The notes beneath the pieces were generated by a model. The model searched no databases. It was not told the origin of the DNA and saw only the letters and a list, made by a program, of their open reading frames with translations. From the NCBI GenBank assembly GCA_963806185.1, contig CAWDXE010000001.1, forward strand, positions 207,512-271,511: 64,000 nucleotides of DNA, read 5' to 3'. Every line of letters starts with the position of its first letter. The first letter of the stretch is position 1. This document shows positions 60,483 through 64,000 of this stretch, in pieces. Made by a program: the position numbers and the translations under genes. Source of the stretch: an uncultured candidate division Zixibacteria bacterium. GTDB lineage: Bacteria; Zixibacteria; MSB-5A5; GN15; FEB-12.

Positions 60483-62602
60483 TTATCTACCTCTATACAC
60501 CGACCTTAGGTTTTTCGATTTCTTCTGCGGTTCGAGTCTGGCCTCGCGCGTGAATATGACTTTCGACGCAATGCCGAGAGCAACGAGGCCGGCGACGAAA
60601 AACGTCGTCAACATCGGCCAGCCGACAGACTTGAACAGGACGCCTTCAATTTTCGCCAACATCACCACGATGATGCCACCGAGGAGAAACAGGGCATAGA
60701 ATTGAACCGCGCCGCTCTGCATGTATTTCAGGAAAGAGCCGAAAGTACGGACGAGCCAGCCCGAACCGTTGACGGCGCCATCGATAATCCATTTGTCGAA
60801 CCACATCTTGATGTCCGCCCAGAGGACCGTCAGCCAGGCGGTGCCGTTGACGGCGCCATCGACAACGTTGGCGTCAAAACTCCACATGAAGCGGCTGATG
60901 GCCAGGATGGGCCGGATCAATATCAGATCATAAAGTTCATCAAAATAGTATTTGTTGTACAGGAGCGTGTAGATCGGTCTGAATCTGCGCCGCAAGCGCA
61001 TCGGCTGAGATCGACTTCTTGATAGTACATCAGGTAGGCGAGCCCGATACCGGCGAGAGAGATCACCGTCGAGAGCGCCATCATGAAGTAATTTGGCGCG
61101 GCATGATGCGGTTCGCCGTGGAAGACGAACGATGAAAAACCGTGCGACAACCAGGGGAGCGCCACCCAGCCGGCGCAGACCGAAAGCACGGCCAGGAGAA
61201 TCAGCGGATAGGTCATAACGTTCGGCGATTCGTGAGCGTGGTCATAGCGATGCTGATTGCGCGGCTCGCCGAAGAAGGTCAGGAAGCAGAGCCGCCACAT
61301 GTAGAAGGCGGTCATGAAGGCGATAGTCAGCGTGCCGATGAAGAAGACCGGATGATGCAGGGTCGTGGCGATGATTTCATCTTTCGACCAGAAGCCGGAT
61401 AACGGGAAGATGCCGGCGATCGACAGCGAGGCGATCAGAAAGGTTTTGCTGGTGATCGCCGAGTTTCCTGTTCAGGCCGCCCATCTCCTGAATGTCGTTG
61501 GTGTGCACGGCGTGAATGACCGAACCGGCGCCGAGGAACAGCAGCCCTTTGAAAGAAGGCGTGGGTCATCAGGTGAAGAGTACCGGCGACAAAACCGGCG
61601 GAGTGTTCGCCGAGGGCGGTATCGTGACCATACAGGCCGAGGGCCATGATCATGTAACCGAGCTGGGAGACGGTCGAATAGGCGAGAATTCGTTTAATGT
61701 CGTTTTGGACCAGGCCGATGGTGGCAGCCAGGAACGAGGTAATCAGGCCGATGATGGCGACGACCATGGAGGCTTCGGCCGAGCCGACGAAGATATTCAT
61801 TGAGCGCGCGACCAGATAGACGCCGGCGGCGACCATGGTGGCGGCATGGATGAGGGCGGACACCGGGAGTCGGGCCTTCCATAGCGTCGGGCAGCCAGAC
61901 ATGCAGCGGGAACTGGGCGGACTTTCCGACCGCGCCGCAGAAGAGGAAAATGGCGGCGGCGGTCAGGATGGCCGGCGGAATCTGCCACCGGCAACTTTGT
62001 CAAACACCTCATGGTAGTTGAACGTGCCACAGTAGATGCCGATCAGCATCAGGCCGATGATGAAGCCGAGATCGCCGATGCGGGTGGTGATGAACGCCTT
62101 CTTGCCGGCATCGGCCGCGCTCTTCTTTTCGAACCAGAAGCCGATCAGGAGGTAGGAGGTCACGCCGACCAGCTCCCAGAAGATGAAGATCATGAAGAAG
62201 TTGTTGGCCAGCACGAGACCCGAGCATCGAGAACAAGAACAGCGACAGGTAGGCGAAGAAGCGGCTGAAGCGCGGGTCGTCTTTCATGTACCCGAGCGAA
62301 TAGATCTGCACGCAGGCACCGACGGTGGTCACCACGACCAGCATAATGGCGGTGATGGAATCGACCAGAATGCCAATTTCGAAGTTGAGTCCGGAAAATG
62401 AAGTAATCAGCGTGCGCCACTCGTACGATTCGCCATGGCGAGCAATCGTCTCGAAGAGAATGACAATCGACATCACCCAGCCGATGAGGATCGTCGCGAT
62501 AGAGAAGCCGGCCGAGACCTTTTCGTTCCAGCGCAGGAAGAAGACGATCAGGGCAAACGAGAGAAGCGGCAGGAGCGCAATCAAATAGGCATGTTGTGTC
62601 AT
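60483..62602 (-). pseudogene. nuoL: NADH-quinone oxidoreductase subunit L (nuoL), interrupted by ≥4 frameshifts
   Basis: The N-terminus (62009..62602, MTQHAYLIALLPLLSFALIVFF…), internal pieces (61435..61902, 60923..61315) and the C-terminus (60483..61001) are colinear with NuoL/ND5. Confidence 0.7.
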
Positions 62603-62612
62603 GTATCTTCCC

Positions 62613-62912
62613 TCACCACTTCATCACGCTGAAGTTATCGGAGTCAACGCCGCGCCAGTTTCGGTAGACGAGCAATACGATCGCCAGGCCGACGGTCGCT
62701 TCGGCGGCGGCCATCGCCACGATGAAGATCGCGAAGATCTGTCCGGACATGCCGGCGGTGGCGACAAATTTGTTGAAGGCCACAAAATTGATATTGGCCG
62801 CGTTGAACATCAGCTCGAGCGACATCAGGATGCCGATGGTGTTGCGGCGCGTAATCACACCAAAGAGACCGATGGCAAACAGGATGGCCGCCAGGATCAG
62901 GTAATATTGCAT
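62613..62912 (-). CDS. nuoK: NADH-quinone oxidoreductase subunit K (nuoK)
   Basis: An apparently intact 99 aa, 'MQYYLILAAILFAIGLFGVITRRNTIGILMSLELMFNAANINFVAFN…'. Confidence 0.8.
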   Translation of the reverse strand: MQYYLILAAILFAIGLFGVITRRNTIGILMSLELMFNAANINFVAFNKFVATAGMSGQIFAIFIVAMAAAEATVGLAIVLLVYRNWRGVDSDNFSVMKW

Positions 62913-63420
62913 CAGGCCCTCTCCCCTCTTGCCAGGACGATGGCGCCGATCAGCGCGGCCACGAGCAGGACCGAGATCAATTCGAACGGGCAGCATGAAT
63001 TCAGTCAGAAGCAGTTTGCCGATCACGAACGTGTTTTTCAACGGCAGGGCGTTGGCGCTAAGTCGCCAGATATCGGTGGCGCCGATCAGAAGCGACGCAA
63101 CGGCGACGAAGAACAGGCAGATGAAGGCCCCGGTGACGGCGTGCTGATTGACCTGGGCGATGCGCTGGCCGGCCAGATTCGAGGTCAACATGATGGCGAA
63201 CATCATCAGAATGGAGACCGCGCCTACATATATGAGCACCTGCGCGGCCGCCAGGAACTCGGCATGCAAGCAGGATGAATATACCGGCCACCGCCGAGAG
63301 CGAGACAATCAACGCCAAGGCGCAATGGAAGATATTCTTGAGACTCACAACGAGCAAGCCGGCGAGCACGATCACAAAAGCGAGGATCCAGAACACAATG
63401 CCGACGTCAGGCTGCATCAT
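62909..63420 (-). pseudogene. nuoJ: NADH-quinone oxidoreductase subunit J (nuoJ), frameshifted
   Basis: The N-terminus 'MMQPDVGIVFWILAFVIVLAGLLVVSLKNIFHCALALIVSL' lies in one frame and the middle 'AEFLAAAQVLIYVGAVSILMMFAIMLTSNL' in another. Boundaries are approximate. Confidence 0.55.
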
Positions 63421-63930
63421 CACTTTGCCTCTCCTTCGGGATCTCCGTCGGGCTTGCGGCATCGGTGCTCGGGCTGCTCGGCGCGGCGACCAGGAGCGGC
63501 GGCCGCAGCCGGAGCTTTCTTCTTTCGGGTGTCGACATAGTCGACATTGCGGCCATTCGCCTGCAACTTCTCCATATCCCAGATGGTGTCGCTCTTGGTG
63601 AGCGTGGAAAATTCGTACTTGGGAGCCATCTTCAGAGCGCTGAAGTTGCAGGCCTCTTCGCAGAGTCCGCAGATAGCAGCAAATGCCGAAATCGATCTGG
63701 AAATTCTGCAGATGACGTTTCTTGGCCTCGTCGCGCGGAGCGTCGATAACGATCGCGCCGGTGGGACAGGCGCGCATGCAGAGCATGCAGGCGGTGCAAT
63801 TGAGTTCGCCGGTTTCCTTATCCGAAAGCAGGACGACGATGCCGCGCGACCGCTCGGGCATGGTCATTTTCTGTTCCGGATACTGAATAGTGATGGCATG
63901 GCGGCCGAGATGCTTGCTGGTGATCCTCAT
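63417..63930 (-). pseudogene. nuoI: NADH-quinone oxidoreductase subunit I (nuoI, 2×[4Fe-4S]), frameshifted
   Basis: The N-terminal frame reads 'MRITSKHLGRHAITIQYPEQKMTMPERSRGIVVLLSDKETGELNCTACMLCMRACPTGAIVIDAP'. The C-terminal ferredoxin motif and tail '…LCEEACNFSALKMAPKYEFSTLTKSDTIWDMEKLQANGRNV' are in a second frame (63420..63629). Confidence 0.65.
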
Positions 63931-64000
63931 CCCGGTGAGGAGTTCTTTATGTCTTTCCAGATTCCCATCGTTATCGTCCTTGTCTCACCAGTACCATTCG

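Overview
The window is a ~60% GC chromosomal segment from an uncultured Gram-negative bacterium. Two proteins carry Por/T9SS C-terminal sorting domains ('NYPNPxNP…YFYRL…K'), which points to the FCB superphylum, possibly a candidate phylum. No integrase, transposase, reverse transcriptase, CRISPR array or rRNA gene was found, and no tRNA was confirmed.

Gene content in order:
- a secreted Gly/Asp-repeat protein with a small lipoprotein partner
- glutamine synthetase (glnA), rsmE and a TonB-family protein
- a 1169-aa secreted protein built from three tandem right-handed beta-helix domains plus a T9SS C-terminal domain (CTD)
- an oprP-like porin and pstS
- two tandem paralogous sensor histidine kinases, the second a hybrid with a receiver domain, followed by a 1200-aa secreted M16 (HxxEH) peptidase
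- pirin
- two tandem, near-identical ~1150-aa secreted proteins (22.6–30.1 kb) with BNR/Asp-box motifs, an Ig-like region and a C-terminal double dockerin-like motif. Their identity pattern is mosaic: the 5' ~700 nt and 3' ~1.9 kb are almost identical, while a middle ~800 nt has diverged. This is the most unusual locus in the window.
- an SPFH/band-7 protein with four zinc ribbons, overlapping a downstream zinc-ribbon protein
- a pterin cluster: folE, a triple-domain PTPS fusion and an SDR reductase
- the livKHMGF branched-chain amino acid ABC transporter
- a TIGR01777-family epimerase and Bcp
- an efflux operon of TetR, TolC, HlyD, two ABC ATPases and two ABC-2 permeases (YbhGFSR-like)
- a T9SS-CTD protein whose sorting domain is cut by an in-frame TGA
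- an alpha-oxoamine synthase paired with a GNAT-like protein
- a CaCA antiporter, a PtsN-EIIA/CBS fusion and a DUF502 protein
- a nuoI-J-K-L-M-N complex I segment broken by a dense series of frameshifts (at least 10). No frameshifts were noticed in the preceding 57 kb apart from one possible case at 31.3–31.5 kb.
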